Below, piece by piece: positions 1 through 9,711 of a DNA stretch of 34,787 nucleotides (its first letter is position 1; each line of letters starts with the position of its first letter). Position numbers and translations under genes: made by a program. Under the pieces are notes generated by a model, which worked only from the letters and a program-made list of their open reading frames with translations, searched no databases and was not told the DNA's origin. The DNA is from Perkinsus chesapeaki ATCC PRA-425 (taxonomy: Eukaryota > Protista > Perkinsozoa). The stretch spans positions 1 to 34,787 of the forward strand of contig JAAPAO010000375.1 of NCBI GenBank assembly GCA_013115145.1. The letters run 5' to 3'.

Positions 1-324
1 ACTCTGGTGACTACGGCGATAATACCAATTCGTTGAAGGATTGGCACATATTGGTTCTCGAGTGCATCGACGTGCTGAATTTATTAATTACTAAAAACTG
101 TATTTTCATTGTATATATCAAATGAAAAACTGTGAATGAAATTATTAAATGAAGTGCGGAAATACTCCTAATGTTGCCAAATCACAGGTGGCCGGTGACG
201 GGGCTGGAATGAGATTAAATGCAATAAATTCTTTACGACGTATTTGAGTTCTGCAATGTTCTAGGATCTTAAATATTTGAATATCTCGCATCATTAGAGG
301 GCCAATACATCTCCCATCCGGTAC

Positions 325-410
325 CTCTGAGCATTCCTCCCCCACAACCGCAGCTGCCTGTCATAGACTTCTTCCTCACTTGCCGATATTCCTTCAGCGC
401 CGTCGGCCAT
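325..410 (-). CDS. First exon of a ThiF/E1-like activating-enzyme subunit (most like SAE1/Aos1; NAE1 not excluded); gene continues off the left edge
   Basis: ATG at 410 gives MADGAEGISASEEEVYDRQLRLWGRNAQ. YDRQ(I/L)RLWG is the hallmark N-terminal motif of SAE1/NAE1. A GT donor follows at 324. Downstream exons could not be resolved by eye. Confidence 0.55.
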
Positions 411-1220
411 TGAATTACGGACAAGAGCTGACGAGGATGCCGTCTGCGACGACCGTCTTATTTTACGACTTAACTCAAATCGTTGGCCATAAATGAAGAG
501 GGGTTCACCATCGTTCACCCTTCCTCAGCACAACAAGCTACTGCGTCGCGTGCATTCTCAGCAAATATTCGATTGAAGCTCGCCTACGACAGGCAGCACT
601 GTCAAGGGTAGCAAATTCAGTCAATGGGAAGATTCCCGCGGAAAGTAGTTTTATGAGAGTGGGTTGCGCAGAGCAACACTACTGCGAAATGGAGGGACGA
701 AAAAATCGACCGGAATTTGCGGAACCTCTCCAAAATGTCTATCTGGGCTAACGAATGTTGTCGACCACATGTATATACATCGAACAAGGCTATTGAAATT
801 CACAGCGGCAAACGTTCAAGTCCAAAGCTCGCATGGGTTGTGTCGGAGGAAATTCCACCCCACGTACACCCTTTTCGATGGTGGCGCATGAAGCATCTTA
901 TCGGTGAGAGCATTCAGCATGATCTCTTCAACTTTCGACTGAGAAGCCCCGACTGAACTGCGCAAAGGAGTTTACACTCTGGCGGCCAGAGTCTGGTATT
1001 CAGGCACCTTATGCCCGAAGTCTTGAGGGCGGAGGGCGCGCGAAATGAGGGGGCTCTGAGTCGATCTTGTCTTCTTACGCGCTTTCACAGTGTGCTCAAA
1101 TTCGCACTTCCATGACGCGTGTCGAGTGAGCGGTTCATTCGAACGATTAATGAACTCAGGTATGGATGGTGTGGTGTTCATTCAGCGAGCACAACAGTCA
1201 CCAGTTGTTTTATTCTCAAA

Positions 1221-2276
1221 ATGACGATTTCCCCCGACCTTCCGCGACTCGTCCTGGTAACTTGTCTGTTATGGCATTTCAAAGTATCTGGCTTGCACTG
1301 GAAAAAGGGAAATGTGGAGAGTATCCACCAATTAACATACCCACCGAACGACCCCCTATTTCACCGCCAAATAAAACTGTTCGAAGTGTTACATATCAAT
1401 GAAACATGGACCGAAGTTCGAGAATCTGAGTTGCCTCGGAGAGATGTAATTGTGACTGCTGTCGACACTGGTGTTGCCACCCAACAGCCCGATCTCGATG
1501 GCAAGCTACTGAAGGGGAAAGACGCCTCTGGTGCCTGGCGGTCATCCGTCGAAGACGTCTACGATCACGGTACGGGAATAGCCGGCATTATCGCTGCGGG
1601 AATCAACAATGGTATAGGCATCGCTGGAATAGCTGATAGAGTTAAGATAAGACCGATTAGAGTGGTAGCCCACAAAGAGAATGGCGTATCGGCGGTCCAG
1701 GTCGAAAGAGCATGGGATATGGCGAATGGATTCAAAGATTCTGATGTCATAGTATTCGCCGGAGGCGATGCATTCACAAAAGATTTGTCCCTCATGTACA
1801 AACGGGTCATCACAAAGGCGGTAGGGCAGGGAAGCTTCGTAGTAATCGCTGCGGATAATTCTAACGACTCTGGTGGACCGGATGAGATCATCTTACCCTG
1901 TTCAATGGCGCACACTATTCCTGGCGTGGTGTGCGTTACTGCGACTAAAACGTCTGAGCCAACGGTATTGCTGACTGATGCCTCTCTCTTGGCCACCTTT
2001 GGGGTACCAGCTACAGAAGTTGAAATTATGACGGCGGAGCGCAGAGGTGAGGCGTGGATGTACTCTACGGCTGAAGGCTCTTCTTGTGCTACTGCGATTG
2101 TTGGTGGTATAGCAGCTCTAATGCAAAGCTTCAAGAAATTCAAACCAGATGTGATAAAGGAAATATTATTGAATGCTACTGAGGGTAAAGTAAAAACAGC
2201 AAAGGGAGTGGAAATGCTGTATGGAGTCCTTCGACCTGATCTTGCTGTTAAACGAGCAATTCAGTTGGCAAGATAG
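1221..2276 (+). CDS. Secreted subtilisin-like serine protease (S8A, thermitase-like), intronless, copy 1
   Basis: First ATG at 1221 in ORF 1119..2276. Hydrophobic leader (LVLVTCLLW), then YPPNDPLF, Asp motif VIVTAVDTG, His motif HGTGIAG, Ca-loop AAGINNGIGIAG, oxyanion Asn AADN, and Ser motif EGSSCATAIVGGIAALM. Confidence 0.92.
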   Translation: MTISPDLPRLVLVTCLLWHFKVSGLHWKKGNVESIHQLTYPPNDPLFHRQIKLFEVLHINETWTEVRESELPRRDVIVTAVDTGVATQQPDLDGKLLKGKDASGAWRSSVEDVYDHGTGIAGIIAAGINNGIGIAGIADRVKIRPIRVVAHKENGVSAVQVERAWDMANGFKDSDVIVFAGGDAFTKDLSLMYKRVITKAVGQGSFVVIAADNSNDSGGPDEIILPCSMAHTIPGVVCVTATKTSEPTVLLTDASLLATFGVPATEVEIMTAERRGEAWMYSTAEGSSCATAIVGGIAALMQSFKKFKPDVIKEILLNATEGKVKTAKGVEMLYGVLRPDLAVKRAIQLAR

Positions 2277-3093
2277 ACCCATGTGCAAGCGACCGTTGGT
2301 ATATTTGCTTAACGCATGCTGACTACATTAGAAGTGTGTAAACATCAATCGTTGTCTAATCCTACTAGCAGTGATACATTGTTCTGTTGCGCCAGAGTAA
2401 ATAATATTTCACACCAAGTTGGTGTACGGTTGGTGTATTTGTACGGTACGGTACCGTAACGTAATTGTGCCCATCTCTAACACCAACGATTCGACATGAG
2501 TGAGAAATTTCGCACGAAGATGCGCACAGAAGTACTGGCGCGAAACACTGCAGTTACCGTAGCTGCCACGTCCCACTAGAGCACGGCGCTTCGGTGAGGT
2601 TACCGGTGTATCATTCTTCGGACTGATATAGGTAGATCGTGTTTGGGTAAAAGTGAGCTAGGTTCATACCTATTGGTGGCCGACTTGAGCAACTTAATAC
2701 GTGTCCAGTAGAAAATCATATATGGTGGGATTCGCCTCCCGTGGAGACTGGCATTTGCCAGCAAGGAGGAAATCGCAGGAAGGGGCAAGAACGCAAGAGG
2801 CGTCTAATGCCGTCTCACGATGCCGTGCCCGGATACCGGTTATTCTGCTGAGTTCGCAGCCTCTCGGTCACGCACCCATGCACTTCTTGGGCGATTCTGG
2901 AATTAACGCGCTCAGTTTAAACGGTGAAAGCTCAGACGAGCTTCTGTCTTGCCTTTCTTGATCCGCCCATGCTCCCTCCCCTGGGGAAGGGGAGACCCAC
3001 ATTGACAGTTTGATATCATCACAAGGTTGGACCAAATCTCCCCCGTTGTTCGGTTCCGTGAGTTCAACGCATTTTACCTTTTTTAAGGTAGCC

Positions 3094-3434
3094 CCCGAAT
3101 GAACAGTTATGATTTACCTTTAAGTTATCTTATTATTTTACACACATGTTCCTCCTGAGGGTCGTCTCCACGCTTCTAACCTTCACAGCAATCACTGCTT
3201 TCTGGTCCAACCCACCAAGGCCATCGTGTGATGTCCGTCGCTGCGCTCCTAATTCTGATGAAGAGAACTGTGGGAGAGGTGACGACTGGTGCCAAAGTTA
3301 CGTGAAGAGGCTGAGCAACAGAAGGAATGACGGCTACTGCAATGTTGACAGAAAAGAATGTGCTTACGGTGACCGGAACGATCCCCATCACGCATTCGCC
3401 TCATGCCAGTGCCATTAGCCACGGCTCTACTTCG
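3094..3434 (+). repeat. 341-bp direct repeat, copy A (copy B at 5206..5546, offset 2112)
   Basis: Read directly: identical from cccgaatgaacag to ggctctacttcg except two substitutions. Flanks show only patchy similarity. Confidence 0.95.
3146..3418 (+). CDS. Small secreted cysteine-rich protein (90 aa, 8 Cys), copy A
   Basis: ATG-to-TAG ORF with an approx. 18-aa hydrophobic signal-like N-terminus and Cys spacing C-4-C-8-C-6-C-15-C-6-C-14-C-1-C. An AT-rich 5' region with an AG lies about 25 nt upstream. An intact near-identical duplicate exists. Confidence 0.8.
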   Translation: MFLLRVVSTLLTFTAITAFWSNPPRPSCDVRRCAPNSDEENCGRGDDWCQSYVKRLSNRRNDGYCNVDRKECAYGDRNDPHHAFASCQCH

Positions 3435-5205
3435 AGTTTTTATTATTCCACTGTATATCTAGGGTTCTGATGTAGCCCTTAAAACCCTGACTTGATTATC
3501 ATACTTTCAATTGCACCACACTTGTAAATGAGTTTAGCATTCAGTTATTCAGACTGAGGCTCGATTTGCATAAGGACATTGCCGCTTGCAGTCATATCAC
3601 CGTCGAGAACCAAACTGCACGGTGATATAGAAAGTGCGGTTTGCTGTAGATGTAATTAAACGATAGTGACACTGGCAACATCCGTTGGTTAAGATCATTT
3701 TTGCCACAAATTAGCACGTTAACCCAACATCAAAAAGTCACGAACAAGTAGTGCTTCTACGGGCGCGGGAGAAATGTCACACAAAGAGGGCGCGGCACAC
3801 TTAGGAGAATCACGACACAAAATGCAAATTCTTGATACCTGTCAGGGCATCTAGGACTGTTGTAGTATATGTCATTCTGTGTTTCTCGCCATGGAACTCC
3901 TCACATTGCGCACGCGTGCAGATTCTTAGCTTTGCTAAGCTGTCCGCTCCATTCTCTATCTTATCCCTCTTTCTCTGCTATCCTGTCGAGTTCACAACCG
4001 AGGAGACCTCCACAAGGACAGAGGTGAGATCTGTTCGTACAAGCTAGCCTCGGGCTCAGCAATCCTTCAATCTTCCTGTCACCCACCCATCCTCGATCCG
4101 TGCTTGTTAATCTCCATGTGAGACGCACATTGCGATTATCTACTGCGTCGACTGCCGACTATCCGAGCGTACCAACAACGAGTTCATTTAAGACGAACCC
4201 CAAGCCCTGAGGCTCAGGGATCATCCCCAGACCCGGGCAACACGGGAGGGTGGTCTTTTCATGCGGGAAATATGACACCATTCGAAATCTATGAGCAATG
4301 TTGTTGGGCTCCCTGCTCGCCCGGAGGGGGAGGAGACGCTGTACGAGCCCGCTTCGCCCGAGTCCGACTGGCAACACTGGACATTAGGGAAAGAGATAAG
4401 TACGTACTGACGAGTAAATATGAGAATAGTCAATACTAGCCTCATCAGAGAGCTAGAGGAAGAAGACCATAAATAGTGAGAGGAGAAAGACTGCACGTAC
4501 TATCATTTCTTATAATCACAGAGCATCCGCACGCATGCACCAAACTGGCTGGCAACTCGCACGCACGCGCCAGAGTGGCTGATGCGCACACGTGCAGACT
4601 AGCATCAGCATTGAGCTTCAACAGAGTGTTGGGTTAGATGACGCACCCCCGCTTCCTCGATTTCCGACATTTCTGTTATCCAGTTGATGTGTGACGATTA
4701 GGCAACGGAGCGTGAAGCTCCATCCGCGAATAGTCACGAAGATGGGCGAGGATCTCTACATATTTCACTGGCTCGCAATGAGACGCAAAATGCTGCAGCT
4801 ACCTGCAGCCTACCCGTCTCGCTGGTGACTGTTGCTTCGGCAAGATTCTTCGATTCTCCGGTTCAGGCTGATTTAAGTAGATCATGCTGCTTAAATTTCA
4901 AACGAGACCGCCTCTCGGTCACGCATGCATACACATTCTGTAACGTTTTCAACTCCAAGAGGAAGGGTTAAGATGATCCTCAATAAAAAAATCTACGGTA
5001 TTTGCGCATGCGTACATCTGCACGCAGGCGCACAAACGCCGAGACTTCACGTGATTCTGGTATGCAAGGAAACAGCAGAGTTGCCGCCTTGCCTCTTTCG
5101 ACCCACCCTCGGGAGCAGAACAATATCTCCAGCTTGATATCACAAGACCAGATTAAATCTTTTTGGCTGATCCGCAGCACTGTGCGTTGAGTTCCGTCGC
5201 CAGTT

Positions 5206-5546
5206 CCCGAATGAACAGTTATGATTTACCTTTAAGTTATCTTATTATTTTACACACATGTTCCTCCTGAGGGTCATCTCCACGCTTCTAACCTTCACAG
5301 CAATCACTGCTTTCTGGTCCAACCCACCAAGGCCATCGTGCGATGTCCGTCGCTGCGCTCCTAATTCTGATGAAGAGAACTGTGGGAGAGGTGACGACTG
5401 GTGCCAAAGTTACGTGAAGAGGCTGAGCAACAGAAGGAATGACGGCTACTGCAATGTTGACAGAAAAGAATGTGCTTACGGTGACCGGAACGATCCCCAT
5501 CACGCATTCGCCTCATGCCAGTGCCATTAGCCACGGCTCTACTTCG
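5206..5546 (+). repeat. 341-bp direct repeat, copy B
   Basis: Partner of 3094..3434. Confidence 0.95.
5258..5530 (+). CDS. Small secreted cysteine-rich protein (90 aa, 8 Cys), copy B
   Basis: Differs from copy A by two nucleotides: V7I in the signal peptide and a synonymous TGT/TGC at Cys28. Confidence 0.8.
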   Translation: MFLLRVISTLLTFTAITAFWSNPPRPSCDVRRCAPNSDEENCGRGDDWCQSYVKRLSNRRNDGYCNVDRKECAYGDRNDPHHAFASCQCH

Positions 5547-5784
5547 GAGGTATTTAATCCATCCGTGAGGGCAGTGATGTAGCGGCGCTACAGTAGCGCT
5601 CAAAACCTTCACTTCATTATTACCATTCATTCAGTTTTGATCGCACTAAGTTCACAACGGAGCTTCGCGTTGAGTTATTCACACCTGACTATCATGAAAA
5701 CCAAAAACCGCCCTCGATAACTTAATCACTCGAAACTCAAAAACCAGCTCTCTTGGAAACAATAATACCAGAAGTTTACGTCCC

Positions 5785-6419
5785 CTATTCCGCATCTTCC
5801 TTCTCTCCCATCTCCTCCCTTCTAATTTGAACACTATGCAACTCGTTCTCCAATCGAATCACATTAGTTCTGATCTGGTTCACGCCCTGACTAAGCCGTG
5901 CCTCCCCGACAATTGCTGTATCCAGCGATTCGCACCAAGCCACCCTCTGCTCGGCCAGGCCCATCCTGGCCTGCAAAACATCCGTCAAATGTCGGCTAAC
6001 AGTCCCAGCGCTCGCAGCTAGCCTCCTCGCTTTCTCCTGCGCGCCACGCAAGCACGCCTCAAGAATTTCCTTCCCTTCCAGATCGATTTCGATACCGGCT
6101 TTCCTACAGCTCGCGATATACTCGATCGCGGCTCTCGCGCCCGAGCTCGCAACAATGGGATGAACCACTGCACACAGCAGCCCGAGTAGTCTCATCAGCG
6201 AATTATCCGCACCGATGAGAGAATCTTCCCTGTGCGCAGGATCGAATCTTTCGAACGACTCCTGTGCAGCGATCACGAGACACTCCTCAGGAGGGCGTTG
6301 AAGCTCCTCTGCCAGCAATATCACTCCAGCAGCGCTTCGCTCCGCTAAAGCCGCTCCGATTTTAGTCACCTCCTCCACAGTAGGAGGTCGGATTGGATTA
6401 CCGTCGAGACGCGCAGCTC
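5785..6419 (-). CDS. Hypothetical helical/coiled-coil protein (terminal exon or interrupted single-exon ORF)
   Basis: Open frame of more than 200 codons, GC-rich, Ala/Glu/Leu/Arg-rich with a heptad-like C-terminus. No ATG at its start; a possible acceptor ttcttgctcag precedes 6419. No family recognised. Confidence 0.5.
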
Positions 6420-6790
6420 CTGAGCAAGAACGCCTTGCCAGCCAAAAAAATTTAGATTCACCAAAGCGTCATCTGGTCGGATTCATCGGCCAACGGGAAA
6501 GTATGTTAGACAGGTCAGATGGCATAATGGTAGAGCGGATAGATAAGCTGATTACATCATCATCATTATATTAATAGATGGTAATTGAGTTGAGTTGTCG
6601 CTTCGCTCTACAATGTGAACATTACAGTGCATAAATGACAATTCAGGGACATCCTACATTGACAGTGAGTATTTTTGTAAATATTTTATTCACAGCAGCG
6701 TAGTCGTTTTTGATGCAGCGAAAGTCGACGAGTTTCTACAATTATCGGGACGGGAGAGTGGCCGCGACCAGCCACGCAACCTTTGTGTTA

Positions 6791-9240
6791 CTAAGAGGAG
6801 GAAGAAGACACGATAAAATATTTCGTGTGGTAAATTATCACCGATAATCCGATCATGATTATCGTACAAGGAAGCAAGAAAGCAGCCACCCTTCCAATAG
6901 TACTACTTCCCTCGGGCGTCCGTCCAGCTGCTGCACACTCACGACAGACTGCTAAGACTTCCCCATGACCAGAAAGCGTGGTCACTTTTACACCGAAGGC
7001 AGTGCCGTTGCCGACTCTACTCAGGTCCTTGCTGCAGCCCCAACAGATGTCCACGCCCCTGAAAATTCACTTGTTTATGATGCTAAGATTGTATTGCACG
7101 GTTGGAGAGAACGACAAGGAGTCAAGCCTACGATACGTAGCACAGGTCGGTGGATTGCAAGGTCATCATCCGAAAGATATCATCGGCGGAAAATTTCTAG
7201 GCACGTTGGACAGTATATGATTACGCTCAGTCTGATAACGACAAGCGATTCCCCACCAAGAGGTGTCATGGTAGAAATCTCGCGGACATACATGTAGAAT
7301 TTGGTCGAGTCGTTGAACAAGACTTTTCAGGGAAGGAGGGTAGGACTGCACACTTGTAGATACAATAAATTTGTCGCCCTAGTACCGAGAACATTTCTAT
7401 AACGGAGATCCGATTGAGAGATTCTAAATGCCTTCGATCTGGGATGCTGGAGCTACACATTTCCGCCCTCTCAGTATTTTCTTACTAGGGGTGTACAAAG
7501 CCGGAAAATCATTTCTAGCGCGAAGACGCTGTATCAAGTCGAGATACACGGGTAAATGATTTTATAACGAATCCCGGTACGAATACTCGATAACTCATGG
7601 TACCTTCGTTTGTCATCATCGTCCTTTCCTGCCAGCAGCGAGCCCTGAGTCACACCGAGGTGATTTAGAATGGACCAAACGACGACTGTGTAGTCCGATA
7701 AATCTGCCTGCCTGAACAGTACGAAAACATTGAAGAATACACACCGACTGTGTCCAGAGGCGGTAAATATAATACAAATTTCTGTGAACTCTACACCACT
7801 TGCCGCTGGTCAACTTGAAGATTCTGCCTCAATTTAAAGGCCGTAAAAGGTCTCCAATTGAACTTCGTTTTGTCGCTAGTTTCAACTTTCTTGCCACACT
7901 GAACCGCGTCACCCAATTTAAACGGATTTTGATTAAAATCCAGCCGTTGAATTTGATCTATTGTGTAACCCCTGGCCACACACTGTTTTATTGTAACTCA
8001 GACAACCGAACTGAATTTAGCTAATGAAATACATCGTCGCGTATGAGATACTAATTCACAACTAACTTAACGAAGCTCAATTCACGATCCATGCTTGAAC
8101 CTTTCACTTTTGACGAACTGACGTTACCACGAGAGACCCAAGCACACTTTGAATATCATACTGAAGGTTTTCGGTGGCGTTCGCGTTTTCCGCTTCCATG
8201 CGACGGTTATATGTAGCAGACTGCAAGAGCAACGCCGATGGCGACTTAATGCCGTTGTTTAATTGGGCAGTCTCGCTTCTTCCCAATTGCACAGAAAAGC
8301 TATTTAATTTGCACGACAGAAGTTCTTTAATTTTCAAAAAGGCAAATCGGTCTTTCCGTCGTTTTGAAGTTGTTTTAAAAAAGCTTTAACTTGACCGGCA
8401 AATGGTGTAGGTAGCAGGTACAGAAACCTGAGGCGTCGCAAAATCCATTAAACCTGGTAGACCGGTTCACTTAGGATTGGTATAGGTGACGATGGATACT
8501 ATAAAGATTTTCCGAACAACTACAGAAACCCCAAAAAGGGGCAGCCGGCAATAGCAGTATGGTTTTGGATAAGTCGTGTTCGTCGCTTACCATACTGGTC
8601 TTATATAACTAATAAGTAATAACACCTCGTGACAGCCTCATGAGTGCGATAAAAGACTAGGAGTGGCGCCTGGCTTCGAAGGCTCACTCTCCGTTAAGTA
8701 TCTTGCTCCTGGTTTCCAGATACCGAGATCTCCCTTCATCAGACACTGCGTCTCGACCGAAAACCCTTGAAAGGCAATCCATTTCCACTTGGCTAACTGA
8801 TGCTGGTCTGAACCACTGCGGATAAGTCTTATCGGAAGAGGTAACTGAGAAAAGGAAAAATGAGTTCAGCGGAGCGAAGCTCGCTAGTGAAATGCGATCG
8901 TCAACGGGGCGACTCGTGGGCGAAATATACAACCCAGAACTGTGTTACTCAGTGCTCCAAATTCTATGAATGTCACGATGCTTCAATTAAACTTCAACAG
9001 TAGCCACATAGACGTTGAGCGTCTTCAGGTATAACCAACGTTCCAATTAATCAACAACTATTGTTTTACTTGTAAAATACGTTTCCAGAAGGACAGGTGA
9101 GAAGAATCTTCCCTAGGGGGTTCCGCAAAAAGAAAGATACCGCTTCACTTTACATCAACATATTTTCGTATGTCTCGATAGACGAGCCGTTCGATACGAT
9201 AACTGTTCACCTGTCTATCCTCTCTCTGATATCCGCTCCC
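6791..9240 (-). CDS. Putative multi-exon hypothetical gene; last exon has CxxC...CxxC plus a hydrophobic segment
   Basis: Splice-flanked coding-like segments: GADIREDRQVNSYRIERLVYRD (about 9240-9150), VTSSDKTYPQWFRP...KILNGE|GTGAG (about 8850-8690), ADLSDYTVVVWSILNHLGVTQG (about 7710-7600), and ttttcag|GVDICWGCSKDL...VCREC...TM (about 7060-6791). Joining these into one gene is inference. Confidence 0.35.
7791..8410. mobile_element. Candidate non-autonomous DNA transposon (MITE-like) with degenerate terminal inverted repeats
   Basis: Left end CTACACCACTTGCCGCTGGTCAA versus reverse complement of right end CTACACCATTTGCCGGTCAA: 13/14 identity, then GGTCAA after a 3-nt indel, with weaker similarity for about 60 bp. 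Both ends carry TA. No transposase inside. Confidence 0.55.
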
Positions 9241-9438
9241 TACTTGCGCCAAAGCAGCAGCGAGTTTTAATCAGGTTCTGTAAATCGTCGCATGGCTCAA
9301 TTAACTCACGTATGTCAGAAGTTTATATAGAACATGCTTTACTAATTTTATAGTTTATTATCATTCAGGGAGCAGTGCAGATATCAAGTTGAAACAATAC
9401 TATCCAATGATGGTACTGTACGAATCCCTTCAGCTCGT

Positions 9439-9568
9439 ATAAATTACACAGTGTAATCGGAATAAATTACACAGTGTAATCGGAATAAATTACACAGAGT
9501 ATTCGGAATAAATTACATAGTGTAGTCGGAATAAATTACACAGCGTAATCGGAATAAATTACACTGTT
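9439..9568 (+). repeat. Minisatellite, 23-bp unit x about 5.6 (ATAAATTACACAGTGTAATCGGA)
   Basis: Units start at 9439, 9462, 9485, 9508, 9531 and 9554, with 0-2 substitutions each. Confidence 0.95.
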
Positions 9569-9711
9569 TAATATATTCCGAAAAATACCATCAAGTTAGC
9601 GATTCCCTACCGGAGATTCCTTCGTTATTATCCAGGCAATGGATTCTAGCTAGCTTTCCAGGATGCAGGCTGCTCTGTACAGTGTGAGGATCCGATCGAG
9701 TGTACACAGCG

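Noticed and set aside
1565-2143. 192-aa minus-strand ORF (also 25162..25344 and 25555..25890)
   Set aside because: Antisense shadows of the subtilisin CDSs with no independent motifs.
2226-2252. 27-bp block identical in both subtilisins as a gene-conversion tract
   Set aside because: It encodes the conserved VLRPDLAVK motif, and other conserved motifs show similarly high nucleotide identity.
2553-2565. Spliced-leader relic (accgtagc; also catggctcaa near 9290)
   Set aside because: Only 8-10 nt match the approx. 22-nt Perkinsus/dinoflagellate leader and neither lies just upstream of a start codon, so chance is sufficient.
5785-6378. Retrotransposon gag
   Set aside because: No zinc knuckle, protease, RT or LTRs nearby.
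9439-9568. CRISPR array (palindromic repeats)
   Set aside because: Units are directly adjacent with no unique spacers, no cas genes are present, and the context is eukaryotic. The same applies to the 29-bp and 39-bp arrays.
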